From Isurus oxyrinchus (taxonomy: Eukaryota): a stretch of DNA of 64,000 bases. Positions 11,991 to 23,408 of this stretch are shown here, one piece after another. Location of the stretch: positions 97,030,001 to 97,094,000 of the forward strand of contig JANJGN010000007.1 in NCBI GenBank assembly GCA_026770705.1, given 5' to 3'. Below the pieces are notes generated by a model. It worked only from the letters and a program-made list of their open reading frames with translations, was not told the origin of the DNA and ran no database searches. Each line of letters opens with the position of its first letter. The first letter of the stretch is position 1. Made by a program: the position numbers and the translations under genes.

Positions 11991-14142
11991 TTCTTCGTAT
12001 CATGTACACGGACAGTCTACACATGGCCCAGCCAGAACTGGACACAATTTTGTGCCTTGTTGTTGAATTCGGTAAAATCTGCGACAGTGCAGTGTTCCTC
12101 TAGCGATAGGCATTGCAGGGGATGTTGTATAGTCTGTGGCTTAGTTCAACATTCACAAGTTGTCAGGCTGGTTTATATCCCCATTTGCTTAATGAAGCAT
12201 TTGAACGACCTACACCAGTCGTAAGCTTGTTAAGGCACTTCTGTGTTGATCAGTTGCAATTAGCTCCTGGGGGAAGGTTTTCAACCAGTGGAAATTCCAT
12301 CAATGGCGGTTGTTCGAGACTGGTGAGCTGGTCTTTCCAAAAGGCGATGTGGGCTTCAGATGGGGTTGATTTTAAAGGAACAACACTGTTCATGAATCTC
12401 TTCGCTAACACTAGGCGGCTGGGTTTAAGTGTAAGATCATGTAGAGGGTGCCTCACATCTGATGTTTGACGGAGTGGCTCTTTCTTGCTGGCTACCATTC
12501 TTCTTATATCAGGGGGAGTGATACCTGCCAGGATATATAGGCTGTTGGTGTTTTTTGGATTTAAGCAACCTGTGATAATTTGGCAGCTTGTATTCAGAAT
12601 GGAATCCATCTTCTTAGCATGAGTAGATCTTTCAAATGCACGGCATGCATATTCGGCAGCGGAAAAGCAAAGAGCAAGTGCACTGGTTCGCAATGTTTTG
12701 GAGCTTGCAACACATTGTGTGCTGGTGACCTTATTTAGGATGTTGTTTCATGCACTCACTTTTGCTTTGTCTTTTCAATGTGGTTCTTGAAGGTGAGGCA
12801 TCTGTCAAGGATGACTCCAAAGTAGATAGGGTGGTAGCAATGCGTCAGAGTTGATCCACACCAGGTTACTTTGAGCTGGCGTTTGGCTTCACGGTTCCTG
12901 AGGTGGAATGCACAAACTTGCATCTTTGATGGGTTTGTGCAAAGGTAGTTTTCTTCATAGTAGGTTGTTAGTCCCTACAAGGACTCAGAAAGCGTTTTCT
13001 CCACGGTATTAAAATCAGTGCTTTGAACAGTGACACATAAGTTATCAGTATATATAAAGAGCCTTGTGACACCCTCTGTAGGTTGGTCATTCGTGCAGAT
13101 GTTGCATAGCAGCGGTGTAAGCATGCTTCCCTGAGGAAGACCATTCTTCTGAATAAGCCACCTGCTGCACTTCCCTCCTAGTTCAACATAAAAGCGGCGA
13201 TTCTGAAGCATGCTTTCTATCAGCTCTGTTAAGTTAATAACTTTTGTCATCTGTAGGATCTTGCAGTGGAGACGTCTATGGTTCATTGTATCGTATGCTG
13301 AGGATAGGTCTACAAAAACAGCACCAGTTAAAGTCCTTTGCTCAAAACCATTTCGATATGTTGTGTGAGGTTGAGCAGTTGGCTTGTTTTTTATTTGCCG
13401 GGGCGGAAGCCTGCTTCATGTGGAATGATGTTCTCATCTACGTTTCGTGCTATCCTATTGATTATCAGACGTTCTAACACCTTATTGGTGTGGCAAAGCA
13501 GTGAAATTGGCCGAAAACTTTTAGGATGTGACGGATCTTTCCCGGGCTTTAATAATGCTATTACATGTGCCTTCTGCCAAATATTAGGTAGCTTTGTGTG
13601 TTGCCAGACAATGGTTGAACAAATGTCGGAGCCGTTTCTTTGTTTGCTGTCCAAAATGCTTTATCTGCTATGTTGTTATGTCTTCAAGACCAATTGCTTT
13701 CCCGTGTTTTAGACTAGATATACCAGTTTCCAGCTCTTCCATGGTGAATGGTCCAGTGAAGTCAGGGTCATCGCTTTACTTCTTCCTATTTATTTGTGCT
13801 CTTGGCTGTTTCTTGTTGATGTTAACATTTACGAGCAACTGGTGTGCAACTTGGTTTGCAGACACATTTAGATGTTCGGCAGCTTTCCTGGGATCGCCTC
13901 CAAGTTTGTGTAAGAGAGTAAATGCCTTCCTGCTGTTTTTTTTTTGTCAGTTTCGTTGTCTCTGTCAAAGTGTCCTAGGTGTTTTGACGCTCTTGAGAGA
14001 CATTTAACATCACGCTCTCACCGGTAGATATTTTTTCATCTGAGATCAGATTCAACAATTGAGACATACTCAAGCCAAGGTAGAAGTGTTCACTTTGCAA
14101 CCCTGTTGCAACCAATTCTACCACCACCACGCACAGTAATTA
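11991..14142 (-). mobile_element. Vingi-clade non-LTR retrotransposon, 5'-truncated, nested, 11-bp TSD
   Basis: RT fragments IALLKPGKDPSHPKSFRPISLLCH, QKNGLPQGS, FIYTDN, SALALCFSAAEYAC...ITGCL...AGITPPDIRR. 3' end is ...tgatacgaagaa. GTAATGAGGTC is duplicated at 11980-11990 and 14143-14153. Confidence 0.85.
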
Positions 14143-16249
14143 GTAATGAGGTCAGTAGTTGAGTCATCCTGGAGGAACTCAAACTGAGCGCAAATGAGCA
14201 GTTGAATGCTAAGCAAGTGCACTTGATAACACTGTTGATTACCTCTGATGTTAGTTTACTGATGATCAAGGGTTGACTAATGCAGCCGTAATTGGCCAGG
14301 TTGGATTTCTCCTGATTTTTGAGTGCAGGACATGCCTGGGCAATTATCCACATAGCCGGGTAGATGCTGGAGTTGCAGATGTACTGGAACAACTTGGCTA
14401 GGGATGCGCCAAGTTCGGGAGCACAAGTCTTCAGCACTATTGCTGGAATATTGTCAAGGCCGATAACATTTGCAGTATCCAGTGCCTTCAGTGTTTACTT
14501 GATATCACGTGGAGTGAATCGAATTTGCTGAAGACTGGCATTAGTGATGATGCGGGCCTACAGGGGAGGCCAAGTTGAAAAATCCACAAAGCGCTTCAGG
14601 CTGAAGTTTGTAGCAAATGATCAAGCCTTTTACTTTGCACTGATGTGCTGAGCACCTCTATCATTGACGTTGGAGATACTTCTGGAACCTTCTCCACAGT
14701 GAGCTGTTTAATGGTTCACAAGCATTCACGACTGGATGTGGCAGAACTGCAGATCCCAGAACTGATCTGTTGGGTGAGGGAACACTTCGCCTTATGTATC
14801 ATTTGCTGCTTAAGCTGTTTGGCACGCAAGTCGTCCTGTGTTATATGTTCACCAGTTTGACACCTCATTTTTTTTGTGGTGCTTTGTGCTCCTCCTTGTA
14901 TTTCCTCCTGTACTTTTCATTGAACTAATGTTGTTCCCCTGGCTTGATGGTCATGGCAGAGTGGGGGATCTGCCGAGCTATGAGGTTACATTTTGTGCTC
15001 AAGAAGAATCCTGCTGCTGCTGATGGCCCACAGCTCCTCATGGAAGGCAATGTTTGAGTTGCTAGAGCTTTTTGAAATCTATCCCACTGAGCACGATGGC
15101 TGTGCCACACAACACCATGGGGCATAGCCTCAATGTGCTGACGGCTCTTCGCCTTGACAATGACTCTGCACTGGTCACTCCTACCGATACTGTCATGGAT
15201 AGATTTAACTGTGGAAAGTCGATTTTGAACAATGAGGTCAAGTATGCTGTTCCGTATTGTTGGTTCGCTCACCATCTGCTGCAAACACAATATAGTAGCT
15301 ATGTCCATTAGGCTTCGGCCAGCTCAGTTAATATTGGTGCTACCGAGGCACACTTGGTGGTGGAGTTCAAACCTCGCACCCAGAGTACATTCTGCACACT
15401 TGCCATTCTCACTGCTTCCTCTAAGTGATGTTAAGCACAGAGGAGCACTAATTCATCAGCTGAGGGAGGGCAGTACGGGATAATCAGCAGGAGGTTTCTT
15501 TGCTTATGTTTGACCTGCTGTCATTTGACTTCATGCGATTCAGAGTCAATGTTGTGGATTACCAGGACAACTCTGTCCCGGTTGTATATCACTGTTCCGC
15601 CAGCTCTGCTGCTTGTGTCCTGCCGTTGGGATGATTCCGTGAGGATATGTATATCAGGCTGTTGCTTCAGTGGCTTGTGAGACATCTCTCACAGTTTTGG
15701 CAATTTTGGCCCTCAGATGTTAATAAGGTCGACAGGGCTGAGATTGCTGTTGTCATTTCCAGTTCATTGGCAGCCCACCAGTTTTCATACCTTTGTGATT
15801 TTTCTATCGCTTGATTAACACTGAGGTGCTTGCTAGACCATTTCAGAAGGCATTTGGGAGTTAACCACATTGCTGTGGACCTGGACTCGCGTTTAGGCTA
15901 GAGCAGTTAAGGATAGCACATTTCTTTCCCTAAAGTGCTTTTCTGAACCAGATGGATTTTTAAAACAATCGACGAGGGTTCCATGGTCAGCATGAGATAT
16001 TTTATTCAATTTTTTCTTTTTTTTTTTGAATTCACGTTCCACCATCTGCCGAGGCGTTCGAACCCGGTCCCACAGAGCATTAACATAGCACTCGGGATCA
16101 TTCGTCCAGTGACAATACGACTGCAGCAATACCATTACCATCGCCTTCCCCTTTCTGTTATGTGGAAACATAATGAGCAATGTTCCCTGAACAAAACACA
16201 CGAATAAGAATGAAACAACCTGCTTCAGTCATCCTTGCTCAGAGAGAAT

Positions 16250-16294
16250 GGGGGGGGGGGGGGGGGGAGGTGGTGGGGGGGGGGTGGGTCGGGA
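16250..16294 (+). repeat. G18 run plus G-tracts
   Basis: Direct reading; G-quadruplex-compatible. Confidence 0.85.
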
Positions 16295-17294
16295 TTGGCA
16301 CTTCTGTAATGCTCTTCACGATCTCTGTATGAGCCAATGAACAGTCAAATATGCCTGCTCACTTTTTTCACTGCAAACCTACAGCCACTGTATGTTCAGC
16401 AGAACCGCACAAATAGCACTGCTATAGTAACCAAATAATCTATTTCTGTGGTGTAAATGAGGTAGCACTGTTAATTCTGGAGTATTAAGGGACGTGCTGC
16501 GAACACATAGGACATTCAGCGCTAAGCTTTATCCTCTCATCGGGAATGCCGCAGCTATCAGAGGAAAATAAATTCACCCATTCACCACTTCGCTTGATTG
16601 CCACCCGAAATTATATTATCAACTCTTATAGTGATGGAATTTACACTGCAATCGTTAATTCCAGGTGATACCATCCATTGCCAAACCACGGAAGCGCTCT
16701 TTTACATGCATAAACTTTCGACTTGATGTGAAGTCGCTGTTGGTTTACAGAAAAATTTGCTATATTTTCTATGAGTTTTATAGCATACATTGAGCCCTGC
16801 AATTGGTAAATAACTTGCTGTCCTGTGATCCTGTCAAAGTATATTCCATCTTACTTTGTATGGCAGAAATGTAGAGTGAAGCAGGAACAAATTATTGTCC
16901 AAGATCCGGCACAGCTGACCATGCAGCAGAACAAGTGCAACTGTAATCCAATGAACCATGTTGTCGCGGTAAAATAATGGGGAAAAAGATCTTGATGCAC
17001 GAGAGGAGAAGAATCTGCATGGTTTTCATATTTGTTGACATTATCAGTTACTCAGGCCCTCTGCTGCAGGTCTCTGTAGCATAGCCCCGAAAGAACCCTA
17101 TTTTGGTCGGAGATAAAATCTGTATTAGTGTAATAACATATGGTACTAGATTTTTTTGTTAGAATTTTATTGACGAAATATGCAACTGAAATCTGAGACT
17201 TATCCAAAGGACTAGATAATTAATAAACATTCTCCATAAGCTTTGCATCTTTTCTTGGTTAACAATTCCCATCCATGTGTGAACAAAAATAGCA

Positions 17295-18500
17295 AATATA
17301 CGAATTAGGAGAAGGACTGGGCTGGTCGGCCCCTCCAGCCTGCTCCGCCATTCAATAAGATCATGGCTGCTCTGAATGTATCTTCAAACGCAAATTCCTG
17401 CCTAACCCCGATAACCTTTCACCTCCTTGTTAACCTATAATCGATCTAGCTCTGCCTTAAATATATTCAAATAGTCTTATTGCGCCAACTTTTACAGGAA
17501 GAGAGTTCCAAAGAGTCACAGCCCTATGAGAAAAAAATGTGATCATCTTTGTATTAAAAGGGTGATCTCTTATTTTTAACGTGTGACCCCTAGTTCTGGA
17601 TTCTCCCACAAGAGGAAGCATTTTTTCCACATTCACCCACTCAAGACCCCTCATGAACTTAAAGAATTCAATTAAGTCGCCCCTCACCCTTCTGAGTTTC
17701 AGTGGATGGAAGACTAAACCGTCCTGCATTTCCTCAGAAGACAGCCTGCCTATTCTAGTAAATCTTCTCTAAACTGCTTCAAACACATTTACATCTTTAT
17801 TTAATTAAGTCAACCGGTACTGTACACAGTACTCCCGATGTTACCTCAACACTGCAATGTATAACACAAACATGACCACCCTACTATTGTAATCAGTTGC
17901 ACTCACAATAAATGATAACATTTTCTTAACTTTCCTAATTAACTGCTGTACCTGCAGAATAGCATTTGATGATTCATGCACTCGGACAACCAGTTCCCTT
18001 TGAATCCCAAAGTGATGCAATCGTTTAGATAGTTAGCTTCCTTTATAATATGCCTGTCAAAATGAATGCTCACAAATTTGCTCACATTATACTCCATTTG
18101 CCTGATGTTTGCCCACTCACGCTATCTATGTCATTTGTAGCCTCCTTACAACGTCCTCATAGTTTACTTTCCTGCCCATCTTTGTGTTGTCAGCGAATTT
18201 ATCCATTATTCATTCGGTCCCTTCATCCAAGTCATTTATATGAATTGTAAATATTTGACACCCAGCACGGATCCCTGTGACACAGCACTCTTCACATCCT
18301 GCCAGCAAGAAAAAAAATTATGCCAACTCTCTGCTTTCTATTAGCTAACTAATCTTCGATCCATGCCAATATGCTACCGCCTACAGCACGAGTTTTATAT
18401 TCTGCAATAACATTTGACGTGGCACTTTATCAAATGCTTCTGGAAATCTAAATATAGTACGTCCACTGCTTTGCCTTTACCCTCTGCACTTGTGACTGTT
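17295..18500 (-). mobile_element. CR1 LINE 3' portion
   Basis: ORF 17457-17729 LRRVRGDLIE..KFMRGL...GESRTRGH.LKI...FFSHRAVTLWNSLP, with a CR1 3' UTR near 17300. Confidence 0.88.
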
Positions 18501-20139
18501 TCAACCATATATACTCTGCAATTCATCTCAGAGTTTGATAGGAGCTAAACCTCCTCAACGTATTTTGAACTCCTATCAAACATCGATTTGCTTTCTCTGT
18601 TGTGACTGAATTATTGGTTAGAAATCTTCCATTATTTGGGCTATATTGGTCTGGTACATTCCCTCCAGCTTCTCGGGGTGATTCAAAAAAAAACAATTTT
18701 GACTGATTATTTTCGCAATCCTTGACCCTCAGCTATGTACACAAGGAATGCGAAGAATTTGTTGCAGTTGGTGAAGAATGCGTGCACTCATTGCTGAGCA
18801 AACTGAGGTGTTTAAATTCACACACAACTTCGTCAGGGGGCGTCCATATCTGCAATCTGCTTACCAGACTGCAGAATGCGGGAGCATTAAGAACATTACT
18901 CTTATGTGCGACCATTATTTATGGGCCTACATAGCAAAGATGTCTGTCATAACAGGGATGAAATGTTAAATTGTGTCTTTTTCCGCCTCCTCTTGCAGGT
19001 AAATAAGACATAACCAGGGCTTTTATCAAAAGTCTGATGCAGTTTCAACTGCATGGAAAAAAACAATACTTTGTTCGCCCTATACAAGTAGACAAGGAAG
19101 CGTTTCATCACACCTCTTGGAGTCTTATTTTTATAGCTACATAATAGGGTTATGGCATTTGCTTCGCACCTGCGATTCTAAATCGCCAGAATGCAATAGA
19201 GATTTCATAAATAATTAAAGTTTTTACATTGAGTTTCTAAACTAAGACAATTAAGCCGCAATGCTCCATGGTCTTAAAGAAAAACAAGAAATGTTACTGT
19301 GTATCAGCAAAGCAACCGGTCTATATTATACATCTAATTCTCTAACATACACAATTGTTATGAAGTGAACAAAAATTAACAGGCAAACCGTAGTCGAACA
19401 GACTGCAAACTGCAAACTAAATAACGGGCAGAACCAGGAAGGATCCGCCTATTTCTAAGCAAACCTTAACGAATACTGAGTCTCAACAATCCTTAATACT
19501 CTGTGTTTCTCACGATGCATTTCAGCTGCACTCTTTCGACAACATAGCTTCTGATGGCAATCATCAGCAGCTCTAATTAAGACTGCAGACCTCCTAGCTC
19601 CTTGTGTGCCTTGTAAGTAGTTTTCAGGGAAAAGGACTCAAACATAGAATGCCCCAGCCACTGCTCACCACCAATCTGCTCAAGCTCTTCCGCTGAAATC
19701 AAAGCCAATTGTTTCCAAGGCTGGACCCAGCATCTAATCTCTGGGATGCTCCCTGCTTCCTAAATGCTCCAAAGATAAACCCACGGCTCACGGGCTTATC
19801 CTTCCCTAACTGACAGATTCACCCAGCAGGAAACTGTTCTTCACTTCATTGAGCTGGCCGTGCTCCGCAAAGGCTTCTCTGAGCCACATTTCCACCAGCA
19901 GCACAAGCTAGTAATCCTCTGCTGCCTCATCCACTCCGCACCTTCCTGCTATCCTGTTACATCTTATAATCGGGTCACATTTTTTTTCCATGCAAATATC
20001 GAATACATCGCCATTGATACATTCTGCACGTTAAGTGTCACAATTTCCTGTCAACCAAAGGTCACTCCCATAGTTCCCAACCTACACTGTCTCCACACGC
20101 AAGACACAACCAAAACTGAAAGAATAAATATATTTACTC

Positions 20140-20520
20140 AGCTTTAACCATCTAGGCATTGCACACCCATGCCATCATTAATAAAGCCTAGGATACTGTC
20201 TCCTTTCTTAACTCCACGCTCGATATGTGCTTCCATCTTCAATGTTTTATGCACAGTCACATCCACATGCCTCCACTGCCGTTCCCCCTTTTGAAATTTA
20301 CCATGTATTTCATATTGCCTGTCTGCATTATTCCTACCAAATTGAATCATTTCACACTTCTCTGCATTTAATTTCAGCTGCCACTTATCTGCCAATTCCC
20401 CCAACGCTATCGATATCTGTTTCTCAAGTTCTACACTGTTCTCCTAATGGTTCACAATAATTGCAAATCTATGTCAAATGCAAACATTGGAATTGTGCCC
20501 TTTGCAGCAATTACATTGAG
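20140..20520 (-). mobile_element. CR1 LINE RT fragment
   Basis: ADKWQLKLNAEKCEMIQFGRNN...ILGFIN. Confidence 0.75.
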
Positions 20521-22399
20521 CTTATTGGGTTTTGTTTCTTTACAGAATCAGATAGTACTTTCCATTGGGGGCTGTGATGCAATTTGTTTTCATGTGTAAT
20601 TTTATCGCAGCAGGAAAATCACGCCTTCTGTCTCCCCGATTAACACAGTGAATGTCTTCTTCACAGCTCCTATACCTGTCTGCCGTATGTTTCATGTTTT
20701 CATGAATGCTTGCATATCCCAGCTAAGTGTGGGATACTCTTCCAAATCTCTCATTTAAAAAAAAAATATATCATGGTTTCCCAGGATCCAACTTCTACAA
20801 ATCCACTTAAAGTCAGATTGGCCTGAATCATACTTTCACAAACCCAATTCAACTGAACAGCAAATCCTTCATCCACTTCTAAAATATCATTTTTTTCTGG
20901 CTGGACAATATTGCATTGGGGCACTTGCTTCGCGCCTCTATTCATGTCATTAATCCTCTCAGCATACTTCCACGTTCCCAATTTCAGCTCTGAAATATAG
21001 TTCCTCTGGGATAGGAGAGTGATTTAGAGAAATTCAACTTAACCTCTCGTTGGTGCACATCAACCCTCCAAATCTCTATCTAGTAGCATTTCATTGAAAC
21101 TATACAAAAGTCTTTCGCTACATTCTCAGGAAGAACATTCCAAAACAAGTCAGATAATATAGGATAAAAACAGAAAATGCTGAGAGAACTCAGCCAGTCT
21201 GGCTGCATATGCGGTGAGCGAAACAATGTTAATGTTTGGAGTCCAATTTTATGGGTCTCCTTCCATCCGCAGTATTTTATTTTTCTTTATTATAACATAC
21301 AATTTATTTGTCACTCCTTCACCTCTCGAGGGAGGACTGAATGTAACTTTTAATTCTAATTCAGCATTTTCCCCTTATTGTTATAGGGTTCAACTATTTC
21401 CCATGATAACGTAGGTATTGAATTTTCTACCCATGTCTCGATTTTAAAAGAAACGACACATATGGTTTATATCTCGTTGTTCACAATTTTATAAGTATCG
21501 TCCCAGTTAGCTTTCCCCACAAATAATCTAAAAAGCAAATTTTCCAGGGGCATTTAATCACCATTTGTGTAGGCATTGAAGATCATTGACGATCATGTGT
21601 AAACTTAACCAATGGTATTGGGCAAAACGGGTGTGTATACAACCAGCAACAACAGAGGAAATCTGGGCAAACTCCCTTGGTTCCACCGAAACCGAGACTC
21701 ACTTCGTTCATAACAAGGGAGACTTTGAATTCATACTTTGGATAATCAAATTCATGACAAAGCGTTCGAGAACCGTTGTTACATCTGGGTGTACAAAACC
21801 ATTTATCTAGCATCACTAACGTGCTGAAAGATCCTAGAAGGTTTGGCGGAGCTATAAATAAGGGCACAATTATCCGAAGGCAAAGAAAAAACTGATATCA
21901 ATTAAAGTGAAACCAATAAAATAAAATTAGATTTTTGGACTGAAAGTGATAGAGAGGTGGTCAGAGAGGGGATTTGGAAGGAATTCTTGGATATGCACTC
22001 TAATAGCTGAATAATAGCTGAATATTCAGAACAGTCGGCAAGTTTTCTCCAAGCATAGAACGGATACACAAGCAGCCGCATTACAAACAACAGGAAGACT
22101 GAACGGTGGGCAAGGGGAGGGATTGAAGGGCTGGAGAAATTTACACAGATAGGCTTACGGTGGGCGCATAGATTATTATAACACAAAGACGAGTGTGGTC
22201 TCGAATGAGTGGGTTCTGGACTAAACCTGATGCTACCTGCATATATGTAATAGATGATCCCATATTGGTGTATGATCCCTTAATTGGAAGTTTGCCAGTG
22301 CACAAAAAAACAATAGAGCAAGATATTTCCTTGGGTGCTACAGATGATCATGAAGTAAATAGGACACCCTGGGTACTCTGGCTCCTATTTGTTTAGAAA

Positions 22400-23000
22400 C
22401 AGTGGCAAGAGAGAAGCGAGATCCAGCAGAGACGTCAGTTTCAGAAGAATGAAGAGTTGATGGATTGAGTGAGGGTACAAAGAGCTGGGGAATAATTCAT
22501 GGTTGATTGCGGGTTATAGTGCTCACGGAGCAGACAAGGCAGATGCTGCAGATCTGTTGGAAGGGGATGTGTCATAATAATGGTGAGCACTTGAGGCCAG
22601 AATCTCATGTCAGGGGGGATCAGTGCTAACAAACCATCATATTGAGCCTTAGGCAGCAACTAAGAATGAGGAATAGAATCGGTAACAAAGTTGTGGAGTT
22701 CTTGTTGAGGTTGAAGGTGGAAAACTTTATTCTCTCCACGTATTTTTGCATAGAATGGCAGCTGATGTTAAACAGTTTGGCCCATTATGATAGCACAGAT
22801 GCAAAGGAGAGTCGAGAGTGATTATGAAGAGCTGGAGTTGGATGATATCAGCATGTATGTGGAAGCAGATACCATGACTGAAAATGGGGTTACTAGCGAA
22901 CAACAAGTAAATGAAGAGGAAGAGGGAGCGAGAATAGAACATTAAGGCTCTCCATAAATAACAGTGCTTCTGTGGCAAGGTAAGACATTAGTGGAGAAGA
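22400..23000 (-). mobile_element. Decayed L2-type LINE RT fragment
   Basis: LFLFIYLL...HGICFHIHADIIQLQL resembles the L2 HG..FH.YADDTQLYL motif. Confidence 0.5.
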
Positions 23001-23264
23001 TCTGTCTGCAATCAGATCATATCAGCATGAATAGACGGAAGCGAGGGCAGTCTCTTCAAAATTGTTAATTACCCGATGCATCAGGGGTCATGGGTGGGTG
23101 TGTAGCTGGTTTGGAGGACAGGGTGAATATGTAAAAGGACTTTACCATACGATTGCGAATTTTATATGTAAAGTGCGGGGGTACTGGAAGACAACTTGGT
23201 CATGCAGGGCGAGGGTGATGGGTGAGTGTGCTTTCCTGTTGGCTGTATAGCGACAATTGGTTTA

Positions 23265-23408
23265 CGCAAAGATAAAAACAAAAAAAAAACTGCTGAATCT
23301 GGAAATCCAAAACGAAAATAAAAATACCTGAAAAAACTCAGCAGTTATGTCCGCATCTGTGGAGAGGAACACATTTAATGTTTTGAGTCCTTATGACTAT
23401 CCAACAGG
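23265..23408 (-). mobile_element. Short Penelope-derived terminal fragment (related copies at about 21165-21260, 36897-37018, and 43090-43172 in the opposite orientation)
   Basis: The same ctggaaatccaaaac...aaaactcagcag...ggagag...gagtcc.tatgac motif as the end of the Penelope element at 57793. Confidence 0.65.

Larger units (their letters stand above)
10764..16150 (-). mobile_element. Near full-length CR1-group LINE (endonuclease-RT) with a tRNA-derived SINE-like 5' head, interrupted by a Vingi element
   Basis: Endonuclease remnants (LQQMVSEPTIRNSILDLI...SDQC), RT (LKTCAPELGASLAKLFQY...WIIAQACP) and C-terminus (LGFTIDYKLNWTRHV). The 3' tail at 10764-10830 is shared with SINE copies. The SINE head at about 15820-16150 has a B-box-like ggttcgaac. 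Confidence 0.8.

Noticed and set aside
15990-16150. tRNA gene
   Set aside because: The A/B-box-like sequence is a degenerate SINE head continuing into repeat sequence, with no full cloverleaf.
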